Positions 24,572 through 37,790 of a stretch of DNA of 64,000 nucleotides are shown here, one piece after another (position 1 is the first letter of the stretch; every line of letters begins with the position of its first letter). A program made the translations under genes and the position numbers. The notes under the pieces were generated by a model, which saw only the letters and a list, made by a program, of their open reading frames with translations, did no database searches and was not told where the DNA came from. This DNA is from Callorhinchus milii (taxonomy: Eukaryota). The DNA is taken from assembly GCF_018977255.1 (NCBI RefSeq), contig NW_024704743.1, positions 73,038,001 to 73,102,000 of the forward strand. Direction: 5' to 3'.

Positions 24572-24869
24572 TATGGTAACATGAAACTATCCTAGTGACG
24601 TTTGGAGTCTTCAAAAGTTTACAATTTTCTGTTCTGAAGAACTGGAAGAACTGTAGAAACTGCTAAAAAAAGTTTCCTTCAACTGTCTTGATTGTAATAT
24701 TTTGAAAACAAATACAATAATAATAATAGTTATTATTAAACAGTCGTGACCAAATTGAGTGACCAAATATTATTATTATTTGTGTTGAGGGATTATTATC
24801 CCAGGAAAAGTGATCTGCCAATCGACTAATGACTGGGTTCCTACTTACTGGTAGGTAAATATACTAGAA

Positions 24870-25164
24870 TAATAATAATAATCGTTGCATTTGATATAGT
24901 GATTTTCACGTCTTCTAGACGTCTCAAAGCGCTTCGCAGAATATACTGTATAGTGAATTGACTGTATATTTGTGGGTGAAATGTGGCTGTCAATTGTGCA
25001 CAGCAGTGTCCCACAAACAGTCGTGGATTGAAGTGACCAATTTATATATATAACAGAGGCATGTGGAGTAAGGAAACTTGCCCAACAAATTCCCCCAGCC
25101 TGGGAATAGAACCCAGGTCTCTGACTTGCAAGGCATGTGCTCTAACCATTGAGCTACAGGACTC
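24870..25164 (-). mobile_element. tRNA-headed SINE (with a partial copy at 24720-24860)
   Basis: Same family, reverse orientation. Confidence 0.85.
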
Positions 25165-27208
25165 CAACAATGCATATTTCAGTCTTTTTGAAGTAGGATT
25201 AACGTCAAGTTTTTCACACAGACGATTGGGATCACGGAGCAGGGAGGAGAAGAGGAAGAATTTAAAGGCATTGTCAAAGAGTCTTTATGAAATTTTAATG
25301 GTAACAACAACTTGCATTTATATTGCGCATTTCAGGTGTGGTAATATCTTGGAATACAATGGCAGAGCTTGACATCAAGCTGAGGAGAAAGGAGATGCGT
25401 ATGTAGACACGGTTGAAGAGGAAGGTCTTCAGTTGCGATCTGAGTTGGGCAAAGAGGGGACAAGATGGATAGGATAAAATGGCAGGGATAGAGGGACTAA
25501 TTTGCCTGCAATAAAACAATTTGACTTTACTCTTATTTTAGATATGGACAAGGTGTTCATTGTTTGAAATGTGCTTATCACAATCGATAGTAAACTAGCA
25601 CATTTCACTGGAGAACTGGCTTTAATCTCCACTCCCTGAGTTACTGAGTTCCTGTTCTCCAATATTCTGCGGTGGAACCAGTCAACAAAGCACATGGGTG
25701 GTGGTAGTGGTGGTGGTGCAGGGTGAGGGAAAGAACATCAAGGGCTTCTTAAGAGCCAGCAAAGAATGGAATGCACAGAGACCTGTCAGCTTGTGTGTGT
25801 CCTGGGAAGACATTGGACAAGCACATTCCTGTATCTCCTGTGAGATCTGCTTTCTTTTACTGCATTCGGAACAAATTATAGAAAATGTCAAATGCCAGGA
25901 AGATGGTAAACATAATTTCTTCCCAATTCATATAACTCTGTAACATGGCTGCTGAGATCGCCCTGTTTCTCAGTGAATCCCACATGCTGCATATTGTTTT
26001 GCTTTATTTTTAAGATTGCAGACAAATCTCAAGCAATTCTTTCTAACTGAGCTGTCATCTCAGATATATGAAGCACACATAGGTTTGTATTCATTTTAGA
26101 TTTCATTTTAGCGTAACCACATTGGCAATATCTGCTTTTGTTTCATCAGCCAGATGTCTGATTTGACACACTTAGAAACCAATCAACATACTTAAAAAAG
26201 CAGTCATTTCACTTTATAGTATGTTCTGTGACACGCTTTGAGATGTCTCAAAGATGTGATAAGGCACTATATCAAATGCAAGGATTATTATTATTATTAA
26301 AATCAAACCACTGAGAGTTCTACATTTGCATGGAACGTTCCCTTGTCCACACTATCTCACTGGAGATATCTCCATGCTCACCTAAACCTTGAGAGCATTA
26401 GGTACAGATTGACAAGAACCAAGATTTGGGGACTCAAGAGAGTGCATTGAGTTACTGCTGGATTTTAACATTTCGAACACTCTCTGGCAAGCTACCTACT
26501 GCTTGTCCAGCAAGGACCGCACTACCTGTTAGGACTGCAACCTTAACAAAGCTGATTGGGAAGAATCCCTGTCCCCATTTGATATCTGCTGCAACGCAAG
26601 CAATTGCAAACCAGTTTGCATGACATTATTTTTAACGTATTTTAAAATATTTTCTTTCTGAGCACAACCATCATTTGTAATACCAGCCACAAAACGAACA
26701 GCATCACTTAGCATTTACCTACAGCTCTGAATGTTTCATTCACTTTAACGGAATAATGGCACAACTTTAAACACCAACAAATCAAGATGCTATTGTCTTC
26801 AGTTTGCGCTGCGACGAAAATATTTCAGCAATCAAAATTGCATAACCCAACATATAAATCGTGATAATAAAAAGTGGTGATGAATAAGAAAATATAACAA
26901 AGTATTAGTTGATAATAACAGCGTTCCACAAGAATAACGACTGTATTAGACATGTCCACAATTACTGTTGTATCCTGTACAAAAGCAATATGCATAAATG
27001 CAATGATATTTGTGTACTTGTCAAATGTGTGTCTACACCAAAATTAACCAAAGCAATGCAGGCAAATGCAGGGGAAATGTAAATAAAGTTAAATGTAACT
27101 AAAATTATTAACAGTTCCTAATTATTCTTTTGCATAAAACATAAAATATACTATTTTTGCAAGACAGAATTAATCATTAAAAATATAAAGGGCCTTTAAC
27201 TTCCTTAC

Positions 27209-27500
27209 CTCTCTTATACTAGGATGAACTGGGAGGGGTTGGAAAGTTATTCATTTGAAGAGTGAAGATGAAGCTACTTGGGGTGCCAGATCCATTATAA
27301 AGATGAGATTCCGTCTTCTGTTTATCTCTGGGACTGACCCTCGCATTTAAAAGTAAAGTTCCAGTCTCCTAGGGTTAATATCCCACTTGCTCCACCTTTT
27401 TGTGTATCTGCCAACAAAAGCACATCCCATCAAAGCCTATCAAACTTTTGTCCCCATATGGTATCTATCTGGAAGGCAGATCGGAATTTCCTAGAACATT
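27209..27500 (-). promoter_or_regulatory. Candidate promoter and non-coding first exon of STEAP4 copy A
   Basis: Donor AG|gtaagg at 27209 and TATA-like TTTATAAT at about 27294-27301. Overlapping GGAATTTCC (kB-like, 27483-27491) and TTCCTAGAA (STAT GAS/BCL6, 27488-27496). Repeat-free sequence 3.7 kb upstream of the first coding exon. Confidence 0.4.
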
Positions 27501-28534
27501 TCCTAATGCTTAGCTTAAAATAATACTGTTTGGAAATAAGTGCCACAAGTTGGACATTAGTTTTCTTATCAAAATCAAAGATCTATTTATTACAGACTTT
27601 GTATTATATTAAAATTTGATTACTTGGCAATCACCAATATTAACAACAAAAAGATTTGCAATCAGATTTGCATCATGCTGAAATGTTTACTTTTTTTAAA
27701 CTATATCCATTTGCATATCTGGAGGAAGCAGGATGTGTAAATAAAGATCTTTGCTTCAACGGTTTTCACTGTTAAAGCAAAGCAAATATTATGGGTTGTG
27801 TTAACTTACAAGCTTTCCTATCAATTCTGTCCTTGGATTGAAATGTTAAAGCGAGGTCCAGGCATTTGTCTGTTCTGGTCATCAGTGCATGTTACAAATC
27901 CCAAGGTACCTTTTGGAATATGAGCAGGAATGCCTCCCAGTGCCTTAGCCAATATTCCTTCAAAATTTATAAAGAAGCAGATAAATTGGCTATTTATCTT
28001 ATTGCTATTCATGGGAAACGGCTGATGCGGATTATCTGTGTTTACATGCATAGGAATATAGGAAAACAGAAACAGGGGGAGGTTACTCAGCCAATCAAGC
28101 CTGTTCCACCATTTTATTAGATTTTGGAAGATCACATCTTCATAGCTCTCTGCATGAAGAATTGCTTCCTGATCTCAGTTCTAACTGTTTTAGTTCTGAT
28201 TTTAAGGCTACACCTCCCTCAGTGTTACATTGTTTACTCATTCAAGGGATGAGGATGATGTTGGCAGTGTCAGTGAAGGTAACATATGTCTACATCAGGA
28301 CATAGTGAGTGATTTGAACAACGTGGATGTAGTGGTGTTCTGATGATGATGTTAATTCGCTTATTGAATGACAAGCTTTGAGATGAGCTGTTACATTGAA
28401 TGCAAATATTTCCTCTGTAAGTTTTATTTCTTCCTATCTCCTTAATTTTCCAAATTACTCCTCAGTGTTGCCAATTGGTTTTTTTTGTCTCATAAATTTT
28501 TTAAATTCTAAGTTTGAATTTATGATTCTTTTGT

Positions 28535-28918
28535 GAATTTATGATAGGTTTTTAAAATAATAAAGGGATTTGATAGGATAGATACGGAGAAACTATTTCC
28601 TCTGCTACGGGAATCCAGAACAAGGGGGCATCATCTTAAAATTAGAGCTCGGCCATTTAGGAGTGAAATTAGGAAGTTTTTCACCCAAAGGGTAATGGAA
28701 ATCTCGAACTCTCTACCCCAAAACCTGTGGATGCTGGATCTATTCACATTTTCAAGACTGAGGTGGATAGATATTTGATACGTCAGGATATTAAGGGATA
28801 TGGGACAAGGCAGGTAATTGGACTTGAGGTACAGATCAATTATGATCTTATAAAATGGCAGAACAGGCTCAAGGGGCTGAATGGCCTGTTTCTATGTTTT
28901 CTATGTTTCTATGCTATG
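28535..28918 (+). mobile_element. CR1 LINE 3' fragment
   Basis: GAGAAACTATTTCCTCTG...AGAACAAGGGGGCAT...(TTCTATG)n tail. Confidence 0.85.
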
Positions 28919-30239
28919 ACTCTTCAGCGTGTTTTGCATTCAGTTCAATCCTAATTGCTTCTCAGATCATATGAATATGAGCCTCTCTGGCTAACACTGG
29001 ACAATTTTTCAAAACAAGAACAAAATGTTTCAGTTAACCAGCGTTAAGTCTCACCCATAAGACCATTTTGTCATAAAAAGGTAATATTGTGCAGAAAAGT
29101 GTAAAAATTTCAATTCAGACTTTATTTGGAACCCGGTTCTTTTTAACAACTGCACAAACTGGCTTCAAATAATGAGTCCACTTACAGGCCTTGAAGAACA
29201 TGGAGGCAGCCGTGTTCCCCTGATGATGTTAATTCATTCAGTAAATGACAAGCTTTGAATGATGAGCAAAATGGTCTTACATGCCAAGCCGAGGTGGAAT
29301 TTGGGGTCCTCAGTGCACTGTGTTGGGTGGGGATGAGCTACACAGATAAGAAAGCTCCCAAGTTCAATATTAGTCCATTTTTTGGCTGGAATGTCCATAA
29401 CTTATACTCTGCTGCACCAGATCAATAGAATGATGAATATAAATAAAGGGATTCAAAAGCCATTTGAGGCCTTAAAATTTACAAATACATTCACATTCTC
29501 TTCAAGAATGAGAAAGATGACAGTGATCCTGGGTGTTGTAACCTAGTGGCTATTCAATCCAGCATAAATTAACGCAACATCAGCCTTAAACTGTCATAGA
29601 GTTTACCCTATGAAATTTACTGTATCATTGTCTACACTTACACTTGTAAATAATTTCCTTCCAAGATAAATTAAATTAGCCATAAAGAATAAAGAGAGTT
29701 TTCTGGATTCAAAAATAAATTCAAACTTGTGCCACAAGTAACAAGATGTGAAAGGAACTGCATAGATGCAATTTGCTCAAAAATGAAGAGCTCATGGTTG
29801 TTGTTTAATGTTCAGCTGAACAGGCGGACTTAACCCCCAGCAATGCAGCGCTCCCCTAACACTGTATTGAAGTGTTAGCTTGTAATGTGAGATCAAAGTA
29901 ATGAAGTAAGGCTTGAAAGCACAACCTTCTGTCTTTGATGATAGTGCTACCAACTGAGACAGTTTAAGTTCTATCTGCCTTTTGGTTCAAATGGCTGTAA
30001 AGGGCCTGCCTTATCATTAGTTTTTGAAAGGTACAAGGAACCTTTCTCCTGGTTATTCCAATTTATATTTTCCCGATTCAAATTTACCCCCAAATTCAAA
30101 TTAATTGGCTATTCATCTCTCATTATTCTTAATGGGATGTTCCTGGTGCCCATTAGCTGCCTATATAACAACATTCACTTTAATTTCTAAACAGCATAAT
30201 TTTGCTTCAAAACATTTATTTCACGTGCAAAGTATTATA

Positions 30240-30347
30240 CAGGGTGATCAAAAAGTCATGATGCTACCTTAACATCTAAAAAAAATCCATAATTTCTTTA
30301 ACACTGATTAGACATTGTAATGGTACCACGACTTTTAGGTCACCTTG
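30240..30347. mobile_element. 108-bp Tc1/mariner-type MITE
   Basis: TA-flanked (30238-39, 30348-49). 21-bp TIRs CAGGGTGATCAAAAAGTCATG versus reverse complement CAAGGTGACCTAAAAGTCGTG. Confidence 0.7.
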
Positions 30348-31037
30348 TATGTAATAGAACCCCCATTATAATTGTTTTGTTATAATATGTTTTGTCATAA
30401 TGTGAGTTTGCTTGAAGTGTGATTGGTGTGTGGACCCTGACATTTACTTCCCCCAAAACATCCAGAACGTGTTTGCTGGCACCATCGGAGTTTGAAACAT
30501 TGGCCATTGCAAATACAAGGAATGATTCCAGATCATTGAGTGGCCACTCACATTGGTTTCATTGTGCAAAAAGTGATGTCAGTGGTGCTCTAATGTCATT
30601 CATTTTGGCTGCCAGTTGGGGTTTTGAAACTCCAACAGTGTCGGCTGTGTTTCTACATGCACTTTGAGATATTCTTGATGTTATAGGCACTGTATCAAAC
30701 GCAAGTATTATTAGTATTATATTAATATTTCTATTTTTCAATCATCTATCTAATTCCCTTTTGAAAGAATTTATGGACTCTACGTCACAATAAATGAATT
30801 GCGTAGGTCGTTGTTACTCAGAGGTTTCTTGCTTTTACACTCAACTGGAGTCTCTAACCATTATAATGAAGTTCTGTTCTTATATTTGGAATTGCTGAAA
30901 GTTGTAACCATGTAAGGTTATGTGAATCTTTGCCAGGTTTAGGAGCAGAAATGCCTACATTAAAAAAACAGGTAAATTGCTAAAATACCAATTTGTTATA
31001 TGTCCAAATAATTCCCATGGCCACACCTGTAATTCAT

Positions 31038-31475
31038 TCATAAGAACATAAGAACTTAAGAAATAGGAGCAGGAGTAGGTCATTTGGCCCCTCGAGCCTG
31101 CCCCACCATTTAATAAGATCATGGCTGATTTTCTAACCTAATTCCATTTACCCGCCCTATCCCTATACCCCTTAATCCCTTCAGTGTTTAATGCAGAGGC
31201 CAAGGTAATTTTTTTGTCTTTTTTTTGCTTTTTGAAATATACCAAAAGAAAATGTTAGCAAAGAAGATTGCTATCTTTAGTGATCAGTATAAATAAGACC
31301 CCATGACAGTCAGACTTTGTTATGCCATGCTTTGATGTAGTGTGTGTCATAGAATCATAGAATTATACAGCACAGAAGGAGGCCATTCAGCCCATCGTGT
31401 CTGTGCCAGCTCTTTGAAAAGAACTGTCCAATTCAATCCAACTCACCTGCTCTCTCCCCATAGACCTGCAAAATA
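31038..31475 (-). mobile_element. Two CR1 3'-terminal fragments
   Basis: (CATAAGAA)n at 31038 and (CATAGAAT)n at 31348, each followed by the AGGCCATTC/TGGCCC hairpin region of CR1 3' UTRs. Confidence 0.75.
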
Positions 31476-32994
31476 GAATCATAATCTGTCTATAACACAG
31501 GTCTGCCATGGGCTGCAGTATACTGGAAGTAGAGAATAATTCTGGCTTGAATATTAGCCTGGCTCAGTTGATAGCACTCCCGCCTCTGGGTCAGAAGGCT
31601 GTGGGCCAAGCTTGTGTGCAAATTGGCTGCCATGTTTCCCTACAAAATAGATTCATGACAATTTACAGTAAAATCATGAGAAGTGCTTTGAGACAGCTTG
31701 ATGACATGATCAAGTACTCTATGAATTGTAAGGATATTATTAATAATAGCTTTTGAATTATGCTGATTTTTCAAGAATGGAATCTAGCACGTAAAAGCAC
31801 AACACTTCCTGCTCACCTCAGGATCTTGTACTGTGCTCCGGGATGCACATTGTTGTTGATATATTATCAGAATAGATTTTTACAACTAGGAGGGCAGTTA
31901 TATAAGTGTCCTTTGTAAACAAGCCAAATCACGATGTGATGCTTGGAAAATGCTGTCTTTTGGCAGTGTAAATCCACCATTTATGCTGGGCTTACTTAAT
32001 CATAATAACTTTGGGATAATTTTCATTTTCTATGTAGGTCAGCTGGAGCTTACCTAAATCTCCGATAGAACTTCACCTACAGCAAAGGAGTTTTTTCCAC
32101 CCCTTGCCCAAACTACTTCTGGGATCTCCTATAGTCCTACTACCCTACTTACTTCCACTGCTCTTCCAACTCCAGCCCTACTTCATGTCCCCTCCCCACC
32201 TGAATCTGAACTGGCTCCAAGCAACAAGCTTGTAAAGATTGAGTCAACCCTCCATGGTGGCCTCGGTAGTTTCTGAGCCAGGTGGCGCGTCAATACTCCA
32301 AGACAATACTAATGACCGGCCAGCCTGGCTAGTCAGCAAGTATTGGAAGACTGGTCATTGGAAGCAGGGATTCTTTGTTAACCCTGCAAGCCAAAGCCCA
32401 AATGGGTAGAGAGGTCCTATCTGAACAAACAAGCTATCTGAAGCTTGCCGGACAGTGCTCTCAATGGCAAGCTCTGCGGTTTTAGTTGGTTAGACTCCAA
32501 CAACTTTTGGGGTCCTCAAACATTGGATTTCATGAACCTGTGCCTAATACTCTCTGGAATTAGGTAAGCAAGGTGTGTCCTTCCATATAGAGAAATCACA
32601 TTCCATTTCAGACACAGAGAGATTTTCATCTGTAGGTTGTGTACATCTGAGGAGCCCTCTATCTGGTTTGGCTACGCTTAAGCATGATGATGGATTTCCG
32701 CATGTGTCAGACACCCGGCTGACCAAAGTAAATCTCCCATGCTATAAAGTGCTTTGAGACATTTTTCTATGTGACAGGTGCAAGTTTTTGTTATTGTTTT
32801 GAATTTATGTGCTGTAGTATTTTTTAACATCAGCTACTTGCTCTTTTCATGAAGGATGAATGTCTCAAAGCAATTCACTTCAAGGCTGTTAGTGGAATGT
32901 TGCTGTGCATGAATTGAATGCCGATTTCATCTACAAAATGTACAAAATCAATAAATAAAGGGACTAATTCATTTGACTCCAGGGCAGCGGATAG

Positions 32995-33545
32995 GGAGGG
33001 ACGGGAGATTTTTTTTCAGGGGTGGTGAGAGATTGAGGTGGGTTGGTGGAGGTGGGGAGGGGGATTGAGGAGTTAAGGCAGATGATGTAGTGGTCCAAGA
33101 TGGCTTTGTTGATGATGGTGAGGTCCGAGACCTGAGGCCTCGAGTAATCACCAGATCAAGCAGGTGGCCGTGATCGTGGGTGGCAGATTAGATTAGAGGC
33201 AGAGTTTAGGAGAAGAGAGGAGAGAGGAGAAGTCAGCAGAGATAGAGGAAGAGGTGATTAAGTGCAGGTTGAAGTTGCCTAGGATGAGGAGGCGTTCAGA
33301 TCAGAGGCAGAGGGAAGCTAGGAGGATAGAGATGTCAGAGCGGAAGGGAGGGGAGAATTTTGAGGGAAAGATTGGAGGAGCTCAAAGAAGGGGAATGAGC
33401 CGGTGGAGTAGGGGGATAGAGCAAGTGAGCATCTGGAGATGAGCCACACTATCACCACGGCAGGTAGGTTGTGAGGTATGGTGGAAGATGTAGCCAGGTG
33501 GTGTGGCATCAGTCAGGAGGAAGGTGTCACCTGGGGTGATCCAGG
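32995..33545 (-). mobile_element. L2 LINE endonuclease-region fragment
   Basis: Minus strand encodes LILGNFNLH and THDHGHLLDLVITRGL (APE motifs), degenerate. Confidence 0.75.
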
Positions 33546-34404
33546 TTTTTGTGTGTCAAATATGTGTCAAACATCTATCTTGCAATTCCCAAAAAATTAA
33601 TCCATCACTAAGGGGAGCCAAATCATGCTACAGAAAGTATATGTTACAGGAAGTTGCTGCAAAAAACTTGGAGATTGATTCCTCCCCAAGATTGTGAAAG
33701 GCGCTTATAATTTGTTGTTGTCTCTGAAACTAAATCCTCTTTTGTAATATGATTGATCCATATCACTTTAACAATCAAACTCTATTACTGTAATCTTTCT
33801 AAAGAAAGACCTTCCCAGAGATGGTGGATCAAGTTATAATAATAATCCTTGCATTTGATATAATGCCTTATCATGTCTTTGAGAAGTCTCAAAGCACTCT
33901 TCAAGACATCTCAAAGTGAACTAACTGCATAAGTTCAACACCTCAGTTAAATCTTAGTCATTTTAGTCACCCGTCCTTTGGATGAAACTTTAAACCAAGG
34001 ATTGCTGGTCACATGGATTTTAAAAATCCCATGACATTTTCTAAAGAAGTTTCTTCCAGTGTTCTGGCCAACAATATCCCAAATAAAAAAATGGTCATTC
34101 ACTTATTATTATCAATAATACCATTATTGTTAATAATATGTTATTATAGATAATATTTTCCAATAGTTTGTAATATAACTATGAGATCAATATGATTCCT
34201 TGGGAATTCCCATTATCTGTTATTTGAGTGAATTAACCCTCTTTGCAACACCTCACTATCTCATTTTTCCCAATGAGTAAATGTGAACACTTCTCTAAAC
34301 ATGCAGCTACTAGAGTTTTGTTTGTGACATATCTTAATGAGATTCCTTATAGTCTGAGTCACACAAATAGGAAATCGACATGGTGTGTGCCTAGCTTAGA
34401 GATA

Positions 34405-34975
34405 TCAGCCTGGTTCAGTTGGTAGCGATTGGTTCAATTGGTCTCTTGCCTCAGAGACAGAATGTTGTGGATTCAAGCCCTACATTGAGTCTCCGCGCTC
34501 ATAGTCTCGGCTGGCAAGGCCTGGGGTGTCCTGTGTTTATGGAGGTGTAGTCCTTCAGGTGAGATGCTAAATCAAGATCCTGTCTGGTTTTTCAAGTGGA
34601 TGTTAAAGATACTATGGCACTATTTGAAAAGAGAAGGGAGTTTCATCTGGTGTCAGGGCAACAGTACCCCAGATAAAATTGTTCATTCAATTAATGGCTG
34701 CTTGTAGGATATTTTTGTATGCAAATTAGCTGTTGTGCTTGCCTACAGAACATACAGTCACTTTAATAATATAATAATAATAATCCTTGCATTTGCTATA
34801 GCGCTTTTCACATATTTTAGATGTATCAAAGTGCTTCGCAGAATATACTGTAAAGTGAATTGACTGTATACTTTGTGAGCGAAATGCGGCAGTGTTCCAC
34901 AAACAGTCGTGGATTGAGTGACCAATTTATTATTGGCTTTCTTTCTTGAGGGGTTATTATCAGTCATGTGGAGTA
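34405..34975. mobile_element. Old Deu-domain SINE (+) abutting a young SINE 3' part (-)
   Basis: CAGCCTGGTTCAGTTGGTAGC head and Deu body to about 34760, then reversed (ATT)n tail and core 34766-34975. Confidence 0.65.
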
Positions 34976-35599
34976 AATCTTTACTTCAGAGTAAATCTTG
35001 TGAAGTACTTTGCGACATCCTTCTGACATGGATAGATCAAACGTAAGGAACATTATTTCGAACCAGATGTGTGTCACGGCGACCTAACGCAGTGTACTTC
35101 CAGAATGGAATTCCTTATCAAACGAATCGCATGTTATTAATACCACAAATTTAACCCAAATCCATCATAAAGTAGATTTCTGCAAGGTCATTGCAAACTT
35201 AGAAACTGAGTATATTTAACAAAGTCAAAAAGTTTACAACAAAGATATATGGATTCAAGGTCTAAAGAGGGAAGGTGAACAAATAGTTCAGACTTTACAG
35301 AGTGGAGAATCTGTGGGTTATGTTGTTCAGGGAGGTGATAAGACAGTTCATATCTGCATTCCAATTAGGAATTAACGAGTTGGCAAAGAAATCAAGTGAG
35401 GGGTAGGATTTTTATTTTCACTTTTGTTGTACTTTGGGACGGGCCAGATAGCTGCAATGATTTTTTTTATCCTGTACATTTAAAGAACTGTATTCATTTA
35501 CAGCAGAAGAAGGCCATTTTGACCATCATATTTGTGGTGGCTCTGTGGTAGAGCAATCCATTCAGTTCCATTTTCCTACCTTTCCCCATTCGCTGCAAA

Positions 35600-36510
35600 T
35601 CATAGAAACATAGAAGCCAGAGTAGACCATTCAGCCCCTCAAGCCTGTTCCACCATTCTATAAGATCATGGCTGATCTGCACCTCAAATCCAATTACTTG
35701 TCCTTGTCCCATATCCCTTAATACTCTGACTTAACAAATATCTATCCAGCTCAGTTTTGAAGATGTTAATGGATCCAGCATCCATAGCTTTTTGGGGAGA
35801 GAGCTTCAGATTTCCACAACCCTTTGGGTGAAAAACTTCCTCCTGAATTCACGCTGAGATGGCCTGACTCTAATATTAAGATTAATCTTTTGTTCTGGAT
35901 TCCCCCACCAGCGGAAATAGTTTATCTGCATCTACCCTTATCAAATCCCTTTATTATTTAAAAAACCTCAATCAGATCACCCCTCAACTTCTAAATTGTA
36001 GGGAATAGAGACCAAGTTTATGCAACTTGTCCTCACAACTTAACCCTTTAAGACCTGGTATTATTCTGGTATATCTGTGGCTGCACCCCCTCCAAAGCCA
36101 ATATATCCTTCCTGAGGTGCAGTGCCCAAAACTGAAGGCATTAATCCAATGGGGCCTGACCAAGGCTCTATATAGTTGAAGCATAATTTTCTCTACTTTA
36201 TATGCCAGCCTCGTGAGACATTAGGCTTTTTGATAACTTTTTGTACTTGTGGGCTTGTTTTTAGTGATTTGCGTACATGGACATTCAAATCCCTTTACTC
36301 TTGCACAGTTCATAGTTTGTCACCATTCAGAAAATATTCTGCTTTGCTATTTTTGGATCCATAGTGGATCACCTCACACTTCCCCACAATGAATTCCATC
36401 TGCCACAATTTTACCCACTCACTTAATCTAAGTCACTTTGTAACATCCTGCTCCCATCTACACAATTGACTGCACCTCCTAACTTTGTGTTATTTGCAAA
36501 TTTGTATATA
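35600..36510 (-). mobile_element. CR1 LINE 3' fragment
   Basis: (CATAGAAA)n tail, MLQLYRALVRPH, and KFANNTK-like RT motif near 36490. Confidence 0.88.
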
Positions 36511-36993
36511 AAATCATCCCCCCACTTTAGAGCTTGAATCCATGAGTCCTTGTTCTAGGTTTTTTGGCAATGTTAATTTTTCATATGTTCCTATGATTCA
36601 TAATTAAGATAATCAGTGTTGGTGTTGAGTCAGATACAGCATCTGGTGTTTTTTGAATTTATGCTCCTCGCCCGCATGACCTAATCTTCAGCAAACCTGT
36701 CAAAGTGGATTTATGTGTATTCAGACTGCTGAGAACACTCCAAGCAAACCAACAACACTTGCTAATGTGTCGCTGGATGTAAATTTGAGCAATGTGTCAG
36801 CAATGTGTCAGTATACATCACTCACTCCTTCTGCCATGACTCCTATCACTGCCGAGTTATATAAATGCAAGTTGTTGTTATTATTGTTTGATTTTGAGAA
36901 TAACAAATAGCTTCAATGACCTGTAAGAATACTTTGGAACTAAAACCTTAAATATGCTAATGGCAATCATAGTATTTTAAAACCAAAATTAAC

Positions 36994-36999
36994 TTTATT
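36994..36999 (-). terminator. Candidate polyadenylation signal of STEAP4 copy B
   Basis: AATAAA on the minus strand about 520 nt after the stop codon, in AT-rich UTR-like sequence. Confidence 0.4.
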
Positions 37000-37520
37000 A
37001 CATACAATTACATAAAACTATACAATATAGAAACAGGCCCAACTAGTCCATACTAGTGTTTATCCTCCACACAAGCCCACACCTTGTCCACAGGATGATC
37101 AAAGGTCACGTGACCTTATTAGTTCACTATTTCCTGAGGAGGTGTATCATCAAACATCAAAGATTTTCAAGATGGTGAATAATTGGCCAAAGATAACTTC
37201 AAATGTTCATTCCTGACACCTAAAGGCTAATTCTTCAGAACAAAATGTAGGATGTAGAATAGCAAACATTAAAAAAGCAAATATTATTTACTGTAGGTAT
37301 AGGGCAACTGATTCTTTGAAGAACTTTCAGTCTTTACCAGCAGAAATGGACAAGCTTTTCCATAACAAATCAGAATCAAGATAATTAAGCTACCAAAAGC
37401 AGCAATAACTTCTAAGTTCTCAGTTACTTTACAGCATATCGGCGACTAAACAGATCTGTGGTACTCAAAATATTCTTCATCTGTTACGAGCAACTACAGA
37501 TTAATGACTTAGACATCTTT

Positions 37521-37790
37521 TCAAATGACTGGTGCAGAGTTGGTTAATGCTTCTGTTGATTCGCTCTTTGAGTTCCTCTCCCAACCCTGCCGGATCCTGG
37601 TGATCTTACTGTCCACACACGGAGTAATGAGAATCAACTTCAGAACCAGCACAATGCAGGGAATCACCAATGAAAGCATATACGGCAGAGGAAGACCCCA
37701 CTTGTACCTTGAAATGTCCAGAAATCTATTCGAGCCGTAAACAAAAACATGAGCAGTGCACAGCAGCAGGGTGACATGGCCGAGTTTGGA
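37521..37790 (-). CDS. STEAP4: STEAP4 copy B last coding exon
   Basis: Acceptor ctctcttcttacag|TCCAAA. Translates [24 protein letters not shown]...[24 protein letters not shown]. Confidence 0.94.
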   Translation of the reverse strand, partial: SKLGHVTLLLCTAHVFVYGSNRFLDISRYKWGLPLPYMLSLVIPCIVLVLKLILITPCVDSKITRIRQGWERNSKSESTEALTNSAPVI

